Positions 8,469 through 15,578 of a DNA stretch of 20,855 bases are shown here, piece by piece. The position numbers and the translations under genes are program-made. Position 1 is the stretch's first letter. Every line of letters begins with the position of its first letter. Under the pieces are notes generated by a model. That model did not search any database. It saw only the letters and a list, made by a program, of their open reading frames with translations, and was not told the DNA's origin. Origin of the DNA: a virus; the IMG/VR virus record IMGVR_UViG_3300010367_000012, positions 1-20,855 of that record; one strand, given 5' to 3'.

Positions 8469-8906
8469 ATGACTGTTGTCCGTGGGCAGATTTATCAATA
8501 TAACTTAAATCCAATGGTTTTCTTCAGCATTCAGAGGGTTTATTCTGTAAATCAGATTCTCATAATGAATGTTGATACCCGTGCACAAACGTACTTTACT
8601 CAGACTAGATTGCTGAGTACCTGTACGCTTGTGGACTCTGTACCACCAAATAGACTCCACAATGGCTACCATTTCACTGGTGGAGCGGTTACGGTAAGTC
8701 TGGCTTTTGCCTTGACGACACCGTTCACCAGTGGTAGAGTTCTTGCTCACGGCACAGTCACAAAGCCCAGAGCGTTCGCCCCTACGTACTTGCAGGGGCG
8801 TACCGCTGACCATGCTAGTGTGACTAGCGCTGGACTCATTAATCCACTTGTCCTAGGAGGACACTTTGCCAGCAAAGGGCGCACGGTACAAGCATCGCTC
8901 AATTAA
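8469..8906 (+). CDS. Hypothetical protein; 3' half overlaps a highly structured region
   Basis: AGGTGG RBS; first ~60 aa look like a small beta domain. Confidence 0.5.
   Translation: MTVVRGQIYQYNLNPMVFFSIQRVYSVNQILIMNVDTRAQTYFTQTRLLSTCTLVDSVPPNRLHNGYHFTGGAVTVSLAFALTTPFTSGRVLAHGTVTKPRAFAPTYLQGRTADHASVTSAGLINPLVLGGHFASKGRTVQASLN
8629..8863 (+). ncRNA. Candidate structured RNA
   Basis: Consecutive long stems: 8675-8689/8720-8733; nested 8737-42/8832-37, 8756-62/8819-25, 8777-83/8794-8800. Confidence 0.35.
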
Positions 8907-9036
8907 GGATGTTGTGTACAAGATCGATGAGGTTGACAACAAGGCTAAGGCGGTATACCTTGTAGAAACCAACGGACGCGGCGCACGTGTTCGAGTGACA
9001 TTTACTCAGTTGAGCGACAGCTACGAAAGGGCTTAA
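8866..9036 (+). CDS. 56-aa hypothetical protein (not in ORF track)
   Basis: AGGAGG RBS then TTG; MPAKGARYKHRSIKDVVYKIDEVDNKAKAVYLVETNGRGARVRVTFTQLSDSYERA; stop is 1 nt from next GTG. Confidence 0.7.
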   Translation: MPAKGARYKHRSIKDVVYKIDEVDNKAKAVYLVETNGRGARVRVTFTQLSDSYERA

Positions 9037-9037
9037 A

Positions 9038-9394
9038 GTGCACATCACGTATTCTATGGTTCAGGAAGATCTTCCCGCTATCATCGCCACAAAGGGTGAG
9101 GATTTTCAGTATGAGGTTCATCCTGGCTCTGGTGGTACTTGCCTGTACGTGTGGGAGGGTGAGCCTGACTGTCTGATTGGCTGCTATCTGGCTGATCTGG
9201 GACTTCCTCTTGAGGCTTTCAGCAAGTTTGAGGGCAGCGGTATTGACTCCGCTTTTGGGAATGGCCATCTTGAAGAGTTCGGCTTTACCGCTGACTATGA
9301 GGCCATTAACGCCATGGAACGCATTCAGAATCTTCAGGATAATCAGTACACCTGGGGAGACGCGTACGACCGAATTTTCGATTCAGAACAGTAA
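9038..9394 (+). CDS. Hypothetical protein
   Basis: Clean ORF with CLY...PDCLIG and QNLQD...TWGDA motifs. Confidence 0.75.
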   Translation: MHITYSMVQEDLPAIIATKGEDFQYEVHPGSGGTCLYVWEGEPDCLIGCYLADLGLPLEAFSKFEGSGIDSAFGNGHLEEFGFTADYEAINAMERIQNLQDNQYTWGDAYDRIFDSEQ

Positions 9395-9402
9395 GGAAAT
9401 AA

Positions 9403-10116
9403 GTGAAGTTAACAGTGTTAGCTTCCACCTATTTTGAAGAGTTGCCGGATTCCGTTAGAAATACGGAGTTCGGCACTTTTCATGGTGGAGAGCCCCATCA
9501 GTCCGCAGATCGTCTAGCGCATTTTGCTGGACGTTCTTGTTATCAGTCCTGGAAGATGCCTAATCCTGATACTGCTACAGATGAAGGTTATCTGAATAAC
9601 ATTATCAATCAGGGCCATTTCTCAGTTCTTGAGCACGCTAGCGTTACTTTCTATGTAGAAGGCATCAGCCGTAATATGACTCACGAGTTGATTCGACACA
9701 GACACCTGAGCTATTCTGAGCTTTCTCAGCGCTACATCAATATGGAGGATGCCTATATTATGGTTCCTCCCGCTGTTGACGCACTAGAGGGCAAGGATTG
9801 GGCGGAAACTGTAGGATTAATGGGTCGTACTATGTCAGAGGCTACAGATCGCTATAAGCGAATCGTGAAGTTCTTTGAGAAGAACGATGTCAAGGGTAAG
9901 AAGGCACGTGAAGCAGCAAGAGCCTTGCTTCCAGGCGGTACAGAGACTAAGATCGTAGTCACTGGAAACCACAGAGCATGGCGTGATATGCTCCACAAGC
10001 GTTACAGCGTACATGCTGATGCAGAGATCAGAGAGTTTGCCACTTTGGTTCTTAAGGAACTGAAGAAGATTGCCCCTGGAACTTACCAGGATTTCCCAGA
10101 TAAGCCTTTTGACTAA
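9403..10116 (+). CDS. thyX: Flavin-dependent thymidylate synthase
   Basis: GHFSVLEH, ThyX motif RHRHLSYSELSQRY, AREAARALLP, NHRAW, HADAEIR. Confidence 0.96.
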   Translation: MKLTVLASTYFEELPDSVRNTEFGTFHGGEPHQSADRLAHFAGRSCYQSWKMPNPDTATDEGYLNNIINQGHFSVLEHASVTFYVEGISRNMTHELIRHRHLSYSELSQRYINMEDAYIMVPPAVDALEGKDWAETVGLMGRTMSEATDRYKRIVKFFEKNDVKGKKAREAARALLPGGTETKIVVTGNHRAWRDMLHKRYSVHADAEIREFATLVLKELKKIAPGTYQDFPDKPFD

Positions 10117-10124
10117 GGAGTTAT

Positions 10125-10484
10125 ATGTCTGAACCGAAGCTTGACTTTGAGGATGCTCGTGTAGTTGACTGTCACGATCTCGATAAGTTCGTTGCTATAC
10201 ATCTTGAAGGTTTTGATGTAGAGTGGCGCGCACTGGAGTCGTCCCGTTGGGATGGTTTCCACAATGGTAGTTTTGCGGAAGCTGACGTGGCTCCTGGTAA
10301 GGAGTCTGACTGGCTTGATGATGGTGAGGACTTCGATAGGTGGCTTCTAGGAGGATATTACTTCGATGAAGACAGTTATGGATTCTCTGGTAATGAGATT
10401 CCCAGCGTAGAGTCAATGCTTCAATGGCTTTGCGATCAAGATAAGATTCCTGCTGGTAAGTATGTGGTGAAGCTCTGGTGGTAG
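10125..10484 (+). CDS. Acidic hypothetical protein
   Basis: AAGGAG RBS; ends LCDQDKIPAGKYVVKLWW. Confidence 0.75.
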   Translation: MSEPKLDFEDARVVDCHDLDKFVAIHLEGFDVEWRALESSRWDGFHNGSFAEADVAPGKESDWLDDGEDFDRWLLGGYYFDEDSYGFSGNEIPSVESMLQWLCDQDKIPAGKYVVKLWW

Positions 10485-10705
10485 AAGAATTCATTACTGT
10501 AAGAGAGTTCATTGAGATGCTTAAGGAGTTTCCTCCCGATACTCCAATGATTCTCTCTACTGATGCAGAGGGAAATGAGCTTCGTATGGTAAATGGTGTA
10601 GGAATACGCTATGTTACTGAACTAGAGCATCGTTTCATGGACAGTATTGACGACACAGAGCTTGACGAGTACGATACATGGGTAATGACTACGGAGGTAT
10701 GGTAA
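10478..10705 (+). CDS. Hypothetical protein
   Basis: TVREFIEMLKEFPPDTPMILSTDAEGN; coupled to neighbours. Confidence 0.7.
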   Translation: MVEEFITVREFIEMLKEFPPDTPMILSTDAEGNELRMVNGVGIRYVTELEHRFMDSIDDTELDEYDTWVMTTEVW

Positions 10706-10893
10706 TGGAGCCTGTTTTCGAGCTTAAGTGGAAGTACCGTTGCCCCAAGCAGCGTGGACGTTACTCCGGTGGTACTCACAATGGTCCTCCGAAGAAGCGT
10801 AAGAAGGTAGGTAGCAAGATCAAGCCTACTCAGCAGCGTGTGATGATCCTCCAGGCCAATGGCAGGGTTGCGTGGGACTGGCAACCGGTGTAA
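10705..10893 (+). CDS. Basic hypothetical protein
   Basis: TAATG coupling, GGAGG RBS; PKKRKK. Confidence 0.65.
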   Translation: MEPVFELKWKYRCPKQRGRYSGGTHNGPPKKRKKVGSKIKPTQQRVMILQANGRVAWDWQPV

Positions 10894-10926
10894 GGTAGTA
10901 CTTGTAACTGACCGACACAACGAAGG

Positions 10927-11139
10927 ATGACAATGGGTAAGCACAAGGGACCGAAGGAAGATCCGCAGGGTACTCAGGCTGGTAAGCCTTGGGAAGAGCT
11001 GACTCCTGAAGAGAAGGGTAAGGAGTTTGACGCTTCTCACGCCCGTCCGGTAAGCTACGCTCACAAGAACTTCAAGACTGCTAAGCCTGGTGAGGGTGGT
11101 CGTGGTTTCGGATTCGGTAAGCCCAAGCACAAGCGGTAA
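10927..11139 (+). CDS. Basic, disordered hypothetical protein
   Basis: AAGGA RBS; K/G/P rich; followed by terminator. Confidence 0.7.
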   Translation: MTMGKHKGPKEDPQGTQAGKPWEELTPEEKGKEFDASHARPVSYAHKNFKTAKPGEGGRGFGFGKPKHKR

Positions 11140-11149
11140 GTAAACAATC

Positions 11150-11186
11150 GAGAGGCCCTATCTGGAAAGGTAGGGCCTTTCTTGTT
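11150..11186 (+). terminator. Intrinsic terminator
   Basis: GAGAGGCCCTATCT-ggaa-AGGTAGGGCCTTTC followed by TTGTT. Confidence 0.8.
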
Positions 11187-11198
11187 ATAGGAGGATTA

Positions 11199-11594
11199 AT
11201 GACAATTGTAGTTATCACTGGTTCCCGAGATTGGCCAATGAGCAAGGCTCATCTTATCTGGGATGCCCTCAGAAAGCTCCAGAAGGCCCATGAGGACGCC
11301 TGGCACTGGGAAGAGGCGCACATGGTACTCCATCATGGTGAATGTCCGTATGGTGGCGCTGACCTGATTGCAGCCTCTTGGGCTGACGGAGCAGACTGGG
11401 AAGTCATTTCCCATCCGCCCATTAAGCAGGCTGCATGGGCATACGCTAAGCGGAATCAGGAAATGATTGACCTGAAGCCTGACTATGTAGTAGCATGCTT
11501 CCTAGAAGGCGCGGGAAACCGTGGAACTCAGATGACATTTGATATGGCCGTAGAGGCTGGTCTTTCCGACAACATTAAGGTGGTAAGAGGTTAA
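11199..11594 (+). CDS. SLOG-superfamily (YspA-like/DUF2493) protein
   Basis: VVITGSRDW, HHGEC..GADLIA..WA, RNQEMID, RGTQMT. Confidence 0.8.
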   Translation: MTIVVITGSRDWPMSKAHLIWDALRKLQKAHEDAWHWEEAHMVLHHGECPYGGADLIAASWADGADWEVISHPPIKQAAWAYAKRNQEMIDLKPDYVVACFLEGAGNRGTQMTFDMAVEAGLSDNIKVVRG

Positions 11595-11854
11595 TGGCTA
11601 CTGTTGAAGAGCGCATTGAGAGCATGCTGATTCGCTATCTCCTTGAGGAGAAGGACATCCTTGCTGCTGAGGCTATGTTCTACGGCACCAACAGCGCTCT
11701 GGACGATGGTTGTGACACTTGCGGTTGGGGTAGCACTGAGATGACTTTCACGGTTCGATACAAGCCTGTTGCAGGCAAGCACTTTGAGTTCCTGGAGCTT
11801 GGTGGTGATCCTCTGGATATGCTTCCTGTGCTCCTTAAGTACGACGTGGAGTAA
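11594..11854 (+). CDS. Hypothetical protein
   Basis: TAATG coupling; GCDTCGWG motif. Confidence 0.75.
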   Translation: MATVEERIESMLIRYLLEEKDILAAEAMFYGTNSALDDGCDTCGWGSTEMTFTVRYKPVAGKHFEFLELGGDPLDMLPVLLKYDVE

Positions 11855-11856
11855 GA

Positions 11857-11955
11857 ATGATTTGTAAGTGCGGATTGGCGGAAGCAGTTCCCAAGTGGTA
11901 CCCATACTGCTCTGAGATCTGCTTCCGCTTTTGGAACAAAAAGAAGGGCAAGTAA
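11857..11955 (+). CDS. 32-aa Cys4 zinc-finger peptide, FCS/YacG-like (not in ORF track)
   Basis: GGAG RBS; MICKCGLAEAVPKWYPYCSEICFRFWNKKKGK; TAATG coupling to next gene. Confidence 0.65.
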   Translation: MICKCGLAEAVPKWYPYCSEICFRFWNKKKGK

Positions 11956-12221
11956 TGCCTACTATGGTTGTGCAGGAATGGGTAGAGTCTGAAGCAGGCT
12001 GGGGAACTAGCTTTGACGGATATTCTATTCATGAGACTTCAGCCGATAGAGATGAATACATTAAGGAATATTGGGATTCAATGCCTGATGCTGTTCCTAG
12101 CATCTATTCCCGCCCGTTTGGTGATCCTCGTGTCATGCATATCTGGGCAGAGGCAGCGGATGAAGTATTCAAGACTAAGAACGGTTGGCGAACATGGGAC
12201 AGGACAGTAGTCGGTGAGTGA
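11955..12221 (+). CDS. Hypothetical protein
   Basis: ATG overlapping upstream stop; WVESEAGWG..FDGYS, PSIYSRP. Confidence 0.75.
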   Translation: MPTMVVQEWVESEAGWGTSFDGYSIHETSADRDEYIKEYWDSMPDAVPSIYSRPFGDPRVMHIWAEAADEVFKTKNGWRTWDRTVVGE

Positions 12222-12708
12222 TTTAGATCCAACAAAGCCCGAAGCTCTGTTTATAGGAATCGATCAGTCCTATACAGGCTTCGGGCTGGTTGTCTTAGAT
12301 AACAATGGCCACAGCCATCAGAAGAGCCTTTTGAAATACCCTCTCAATAAATACAGAGATGAAGGAGAGCGATTAGTAAAGATCTATGACGATCTGATTA
12401 TGTACTTCGCTATCCATCAAGGATCTAAGGCTGAAATACATATCGGAATGGAGGGATATGCTTATGGAGCAAAGCTCGGAAGGGAAAAGCTCGGAGAACT
12501 CGGAGGAGTCGTCAAACTCGTCTCCAACCTCATCTTCGGAGTCACCCCAACAATTATTGCGCCTACTTCTCTCAAGCAGTTCGTCACAGGATCAGGCAAA
12601 GCTGATAAGCAGACTATGCTTAGCGAGATACAAAAGCTGGACCCCGAAATAAAGAACCACAATCTAGCTGACGCATATGGTATTGCCTATCTGCTATACT
12701 CTAGCTAG
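12214..12708 (+). CDS. ruvC: RuvC-like Holliday junction resolvase
   Basis: IGIDQSYTGFG, MEGY, PTSLKQFVTGSGKADK, NLADAYGIA. Confidence 0.88.
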   Translation: MSDLDPTKPEALFIGIDQSYTGFGLVVLDNNGHSHQKSLLKYPLNKYRDEGERLVKIYDDLIMYFAIHQGSKAEIHIGMEGYAYGAKLGREKLGELGGVVKLVSNLIFGVTPTIIAPTSLKQFVTGSGKADKQTMLSEIQKLDPEIKNHNLADAYGIAYLLYSS

Positions 12709-12734
12709 CAACTCCTCCTTTGCTATCTCCCTTT

Positions 12735-12777
12735 AAAGACCCCTTTCTTACATAATCTGTGAGAAGGGGGTCTTTTT
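12735..12777 (+). terminator. Intrinsic terminator ending the DNA-metabolism region
   Basis: AAAGACCCCTTTCTTACA...TGTGAGAAGGGGGTCTTT with T run. Confidence 0.8.
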
Positions 12778-12824
12778 GTCTGTATAATCAGTAGGAGACA
12801 TGAACTACAAACTTGGAGAAAAAT

Positions 12825-13109
12825 ATGGTAGAGAATTCGAACCACAATGAGGTTCTTCTAAAGGTGAAGTCTTCCTCTCCTGCATCATCGCTCGCAGCAG
12901 CTATTGCTAACAATGTCTACGCCAATAAGGACATCACTCTAAGAGCTATCGGTGCCGCAGCAGTAAACCAGGCTATGAAGGCACTTGCTATTGCTCAGTC
13001 CTATGTCGGTCCAAGAGGACACGTATTAGCTTGCCGTCCTGGTTTCGCCACAGTGACTATGGATGACGGAGATATCAGCGCACTCATTTTCAAAGTAATC
13101 GTTTCTTAA
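12825..13109 (+). CDS. spoVS: SpoVS-family protein (Alba-like fold)
   Basis: LKVKSSS....LAAAIA, LRAIGAAAVNQAMKALAIA, CRPGF, ISALIFKV. Confidence 0.9.
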   Translation: MVENSNHNEVLLKVKSSSPASSLAAAIANNVYANKDITLRAIGAAAVNQAMKALAIAQSYVGPRGHVLACRPGFATVTMDDGDISALIFKVIVS

Positions 13110-13126
13110 CAAGGGGAGAGTCCCGA

Positions 13127-13348
13127 ATGCCAGCACAACCAGTGGACAACAGTAGTCCACAGTCAAGAACTGCTGAGTTCTCCTCTGGAGCTACAGGATT
13201 GACAGGGCAGGGAACTGCTCATTCAGTTCAGCAACAAGCCCCACATGACTACTCACTCACTTCGGTACTCTCACCACTTCCAAGAAACAATGGAATGAGT
13301 ACCACCACATTCAATCAGAACAGAGCCCTTAGCTATTACCGTTCTTAA
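13127..13348 (+). CDS. Small disordered hypothetical protein
   Basis: GGGGAG RBS; S/T/Q rich. Confidence 0.65.
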   Translation: MPAQPVDNSSPQSRTAEFSSGATGLTGQGTAHSVQQQAPHDYSLTSVLSPLPRNNGMSTTTFNQNRALSYYRS

Positions 13349-13359
13349 AGGAGAAAACT

Positions 13360-13680
13360 ATGGCTGAAGAAATCGGCACAGGAAGTCGCCCTACTATGGG
13401 CACTGAAGCAGCACAACTTTCCCGCGTTGGTCGTCCCGAGCGTGGAAGACTACGCCCCAAGGGTGGAGCAGGTAAGAATGGGAACGCTCTAGACGGGCCT
13501 ACAGGGCACCGTAAGGCGTCCTTTGAGAAGATGGGTGCCTCCCTGCACCCTACCGCTACGCTGTACGCTCAGAACGCCGTAGAGGCCAATGAGATGTGCA
13601 AGAAGGTTCTTATGATGCCTTCCCGTAGCTCTTGGACAGATTCATTCCGCGCAAAGGCCAAGTACGGTCGTTCTATGTAA
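13360..13680 (+). CDS. Basic hypothetical protein
   Basis: AAGGAG RBS. Confidence 0.7.
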   Translation: MAEEIGTGSRPTMGTEAAQLSRVGRPERGRLRPKGGAGKNGNALDGPTGHRKASFEKMGASLHPTATLYAQNAVEANEMCKKVLMMPSRSSWTDSFRAKAKYGRSM

Positions 13681-13695
13681 GAAAGGCAATTACCA

Positions 13696-14067
13696 ATGAC
13701 ACTTCAGCACCCAGCTAATATCGCCAGATTCGAAAAAGAAACCTGGATAGAAAGATTACCGGATGCTCTGACTGATGCTATTGGCAAATTGTCCTTTATT
13801 GCATGGGCTTCAGTTGTAGTAGTAATCTGGATTCTATGGAATTCACTAAGCCCATGGCCATTCGATCCATTTCCATTCGTCTTCCTTAACCTAGCGTTCA
13901 GTGCGTTTGCGTTCTACAGTGCGCCATTGATTCTTATGAGTCAGAACAGACAGAGCGAGCACGACCGTGCAAGAGCAGAGGAGGACTTGAAGACCGATAA
14001 GCGCACATTGGCCATTCAAGAACGAATCGCAGCACATTTGGCTATTAATGTAGCCGATATAGAATAG
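13696..14067 (+). CDS. DUF1003-family membrane protein
   Basis: WILWN...FDPFPFVFLNL..S..AFYSAPLILMSQNRQ..HDR..AE.D. Confidence 0.88.
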   Translation: MTLQHPANIARFEKETWIERLPDALTDAIGKLSFIAWASVVVVIWILWNSLSPWPFDPFPFVFLNLAFSAFAFYSAPLILMSQNRQSEHDRARAEEDLKTDKRTLAIQERIAAHLAINVADIE

Positions 14068-14074
14068 AGGAATT

Positions 14075-14647
14075 ATGGCTGGTTACTCCAGCGGTGTTGC
14101 TGGCATGAACAACATGTCATATAATCCTCCCGTAGGTCAGCAAGGATCTGTGACACAGTACGGAGGAGGCGGAGGAAACCCACTTACAGGGTTCCGCTCC
14201 ATCCTTGATGCTAAGCTAGCAGCCGCAACAGGAAAGACACCTGAAGCACAATATCCTGACGGATATCTAGGTTCTGTTATTGACAGACGTCAGGATAAGC
14301 TACTTCAGACTGTACGAAATAATGCCCGTTCGTATACCCGAGGGGTACACAAAGGATCACGCATTTCCCCTACAGATTACTTCTGGCCTGATGATCTGAC
14401 TCCTTATTCTTCTCTAGAAAGAAGACTCGCAGGAGATAAGAAGAAGTATTCTGCGCAAGGTAATCCAATGGAAAGACTTGCTCATGGTGGAAAGTACCTG
14501 ACTAATGAAGAGGCTAAGCAGTTCGCTCAAGAATTGAATATTGCTGTTGATCCTCAGATGAAGGTAGTTTCTCCACAGGTCAGAGCCTTCCATGCTAAGT
14601 TCAACTTGCCTGGTTGGTCTGCTACTTCCAACGGAATGAGTGTCTAA
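14075..14647 (+). CDS. Hypothetical protein
   Basis: GAGGA RBS; PEAQYPDGYLG, RSYTRGVHKG motifs. Confidence 0.75.
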   Translation: MAGYSSGVAGMNNMSYNPPVGQQGSVTQYGGGGGNPLTGFRSILDAKLAAATGKTPEAQYPDGYLGSVIDRRQDKLLQTVRNNARSYTRGVHKGSRISPTDYFWPDDLTPYSSLERRLAGDKKKYSAQGNPMERLAHGGKYLTNEEAKQFAQELNIAVDPQMKVVSPQVRAFHAKFNLPGWSATSNGMSV

Positions 14648-14973
14648 TGGAAAAGCAGAATAGTAATTACGTTCCAGGTAAAAGAGCACAACAGAACCAA
14701 ACTATTTACAACTGGACTAAGCCTTTCCAATCAATGAATGAGCAATTAGTCCATGCTCAATTAGTAGAGAATGCCACTCTGGAAGCTGCTACTAGAAAAC
14801 CTCCTATTCCTAATATCGGTAAGATTCCTAATCGATTCGGATATAGAACTGATCCTCCAGGTATTTCAGACGTTCTGGTAGTAGATACAGCATTTGCAGC
14901 CCAGTTCGGTGATTTCTCTGGTACAGAATCAGGGTACATGGGTACTAGCTATCCATCAGTACCACAAATTTAA
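14647..14973 (+). CDS. Hypothetical protein
   Basis: TAATG coupling gives ATG 14647 (MEKQNSNY...). Confidence 0.7.
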   Translation: MEKQNSNYVPGKRAQQNQTIYNWTKPFQSMNEQLVHAQLVENATLEAATRKPPIPNIGKIPNRFGYRTDPPGISDVLVVDTAFAAQFGDFSGTESGYMGTSYPSVPQI

Positions 14974-14982
14974 GGAATTAAT

Positions 14983-15156
14983 ATGGCAGCAAAAAGAGCT
15001 GTACCAGCAACGGCTAGTCGTTCTACCGATAAGCGTAAAGTTGGTACTGCAAAGAATCCCAAGAAAGTAGCAGCCCCATCAGCCGCAGCTTATAAGCCAG
15101 TAAAGAAAGTACAAGTGGTGAAGAAGTCTGCTGGAAGACCAAAGAAGGCACAATAA
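14983..15156 (+). CDS. 57-aa Lys/Ala/Pro-rich histone-H1-like protein with AT-hook-like GRPKK (not in ORF track)
   Basis: AAGGA RBS; MAAKRAVPATASRSTDKRKVGTAKNPKKVAAPSAAAYKPVKKVQVVKKSAGRPKKAQ. Confidence 0.75.
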   Translation: MAAKRAVPATASRSTDKRKVGTAKNPKKVAAPSAAAYKPVKKVQVVKKSAGRPKKAQ

Positions 15157-15157
15157 T

Positions 15158-15442
15158 ATGGCATATCCAAGATTAAGATCCATGAATGCCTCTCTGAATG
15201 AGGGAGCTACCGATGGACGTTATAAGAAGATCCGCCCTGACACTGAGTGTGCGGACACAGATGACAAAGTACAGAACCTAACGTACGATACTCGTGAGTC
15301 TCTGAGCCTTCCGTACTACGGAGTTGGTATGGCTCGTGAGATGCGCGTACCTGCTAGACTGGAAACGGTTACTACCCCTGATTTCTACAAGAATAAGCTT
15401 GAAAGACTGGAAGATTCTGGTGTTCTAGGCCAGACTTGGTAA
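15158..15442 (+). CDS. Hypothetical protein
   Basis: Starts 1 nt after previous stop; RSMNASLNEGATDGRYKKIRPDTE. Confidence 0.7.
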   Translation: MAYPRLRSMNASLNEGATDGRYKKIRPDTECADTDDKVQNLTYDTRESLSLPYYGVGMAREMRVPARLETVTTPDFYKNKLERLEDSGVLGQTW

Positions 15443-15462
15443 CACATTTTCCACTTTGCACC

Positions 15463-15504
15463 ACAGCCCCTGAGTTGACAGATGTCAGTCAGGGGCTGTA
15501 GTCT
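15463..15504 (+). promoter_or_regulatory. Promoter TTGACA-N18-TAGTCT with TGTCAG-N10-TAGTCT, inside an inverted repeat
   Basis: ACAGCCCCTGA-g-TTGACA-ga-TGTCAG-TCAGGGGCTGT; near-copy of the recA promoter. Confidence 0.78.
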
Positions 15505-15578
15505 TGAGCCTGTTGTTACGAGATCGGGACATTCCTGAACTCAGCGACAGTCCTTATTGTCTAGAGATTGGACTAACC

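Noticed and set aside
8675-8840. tRNA, tmRNA or hammerhead identity for the structured region
   Set aside because: No properly closed T-loop or cloverleaf, and no CUGAUGA/GAAA core seen
12800-12850. 16-codon ORF MNYKLGEKYGREFEPQ overlapping the spoVS start
   Set aside because: RBS-to-ATG spacing is too short and there is no other support
15505-15578. c-di-AMP (ydaO) riboswitch before nlpC-rpf
   Set aside because: Leader is only about 70 nt and lacks the recognisable conserved segments
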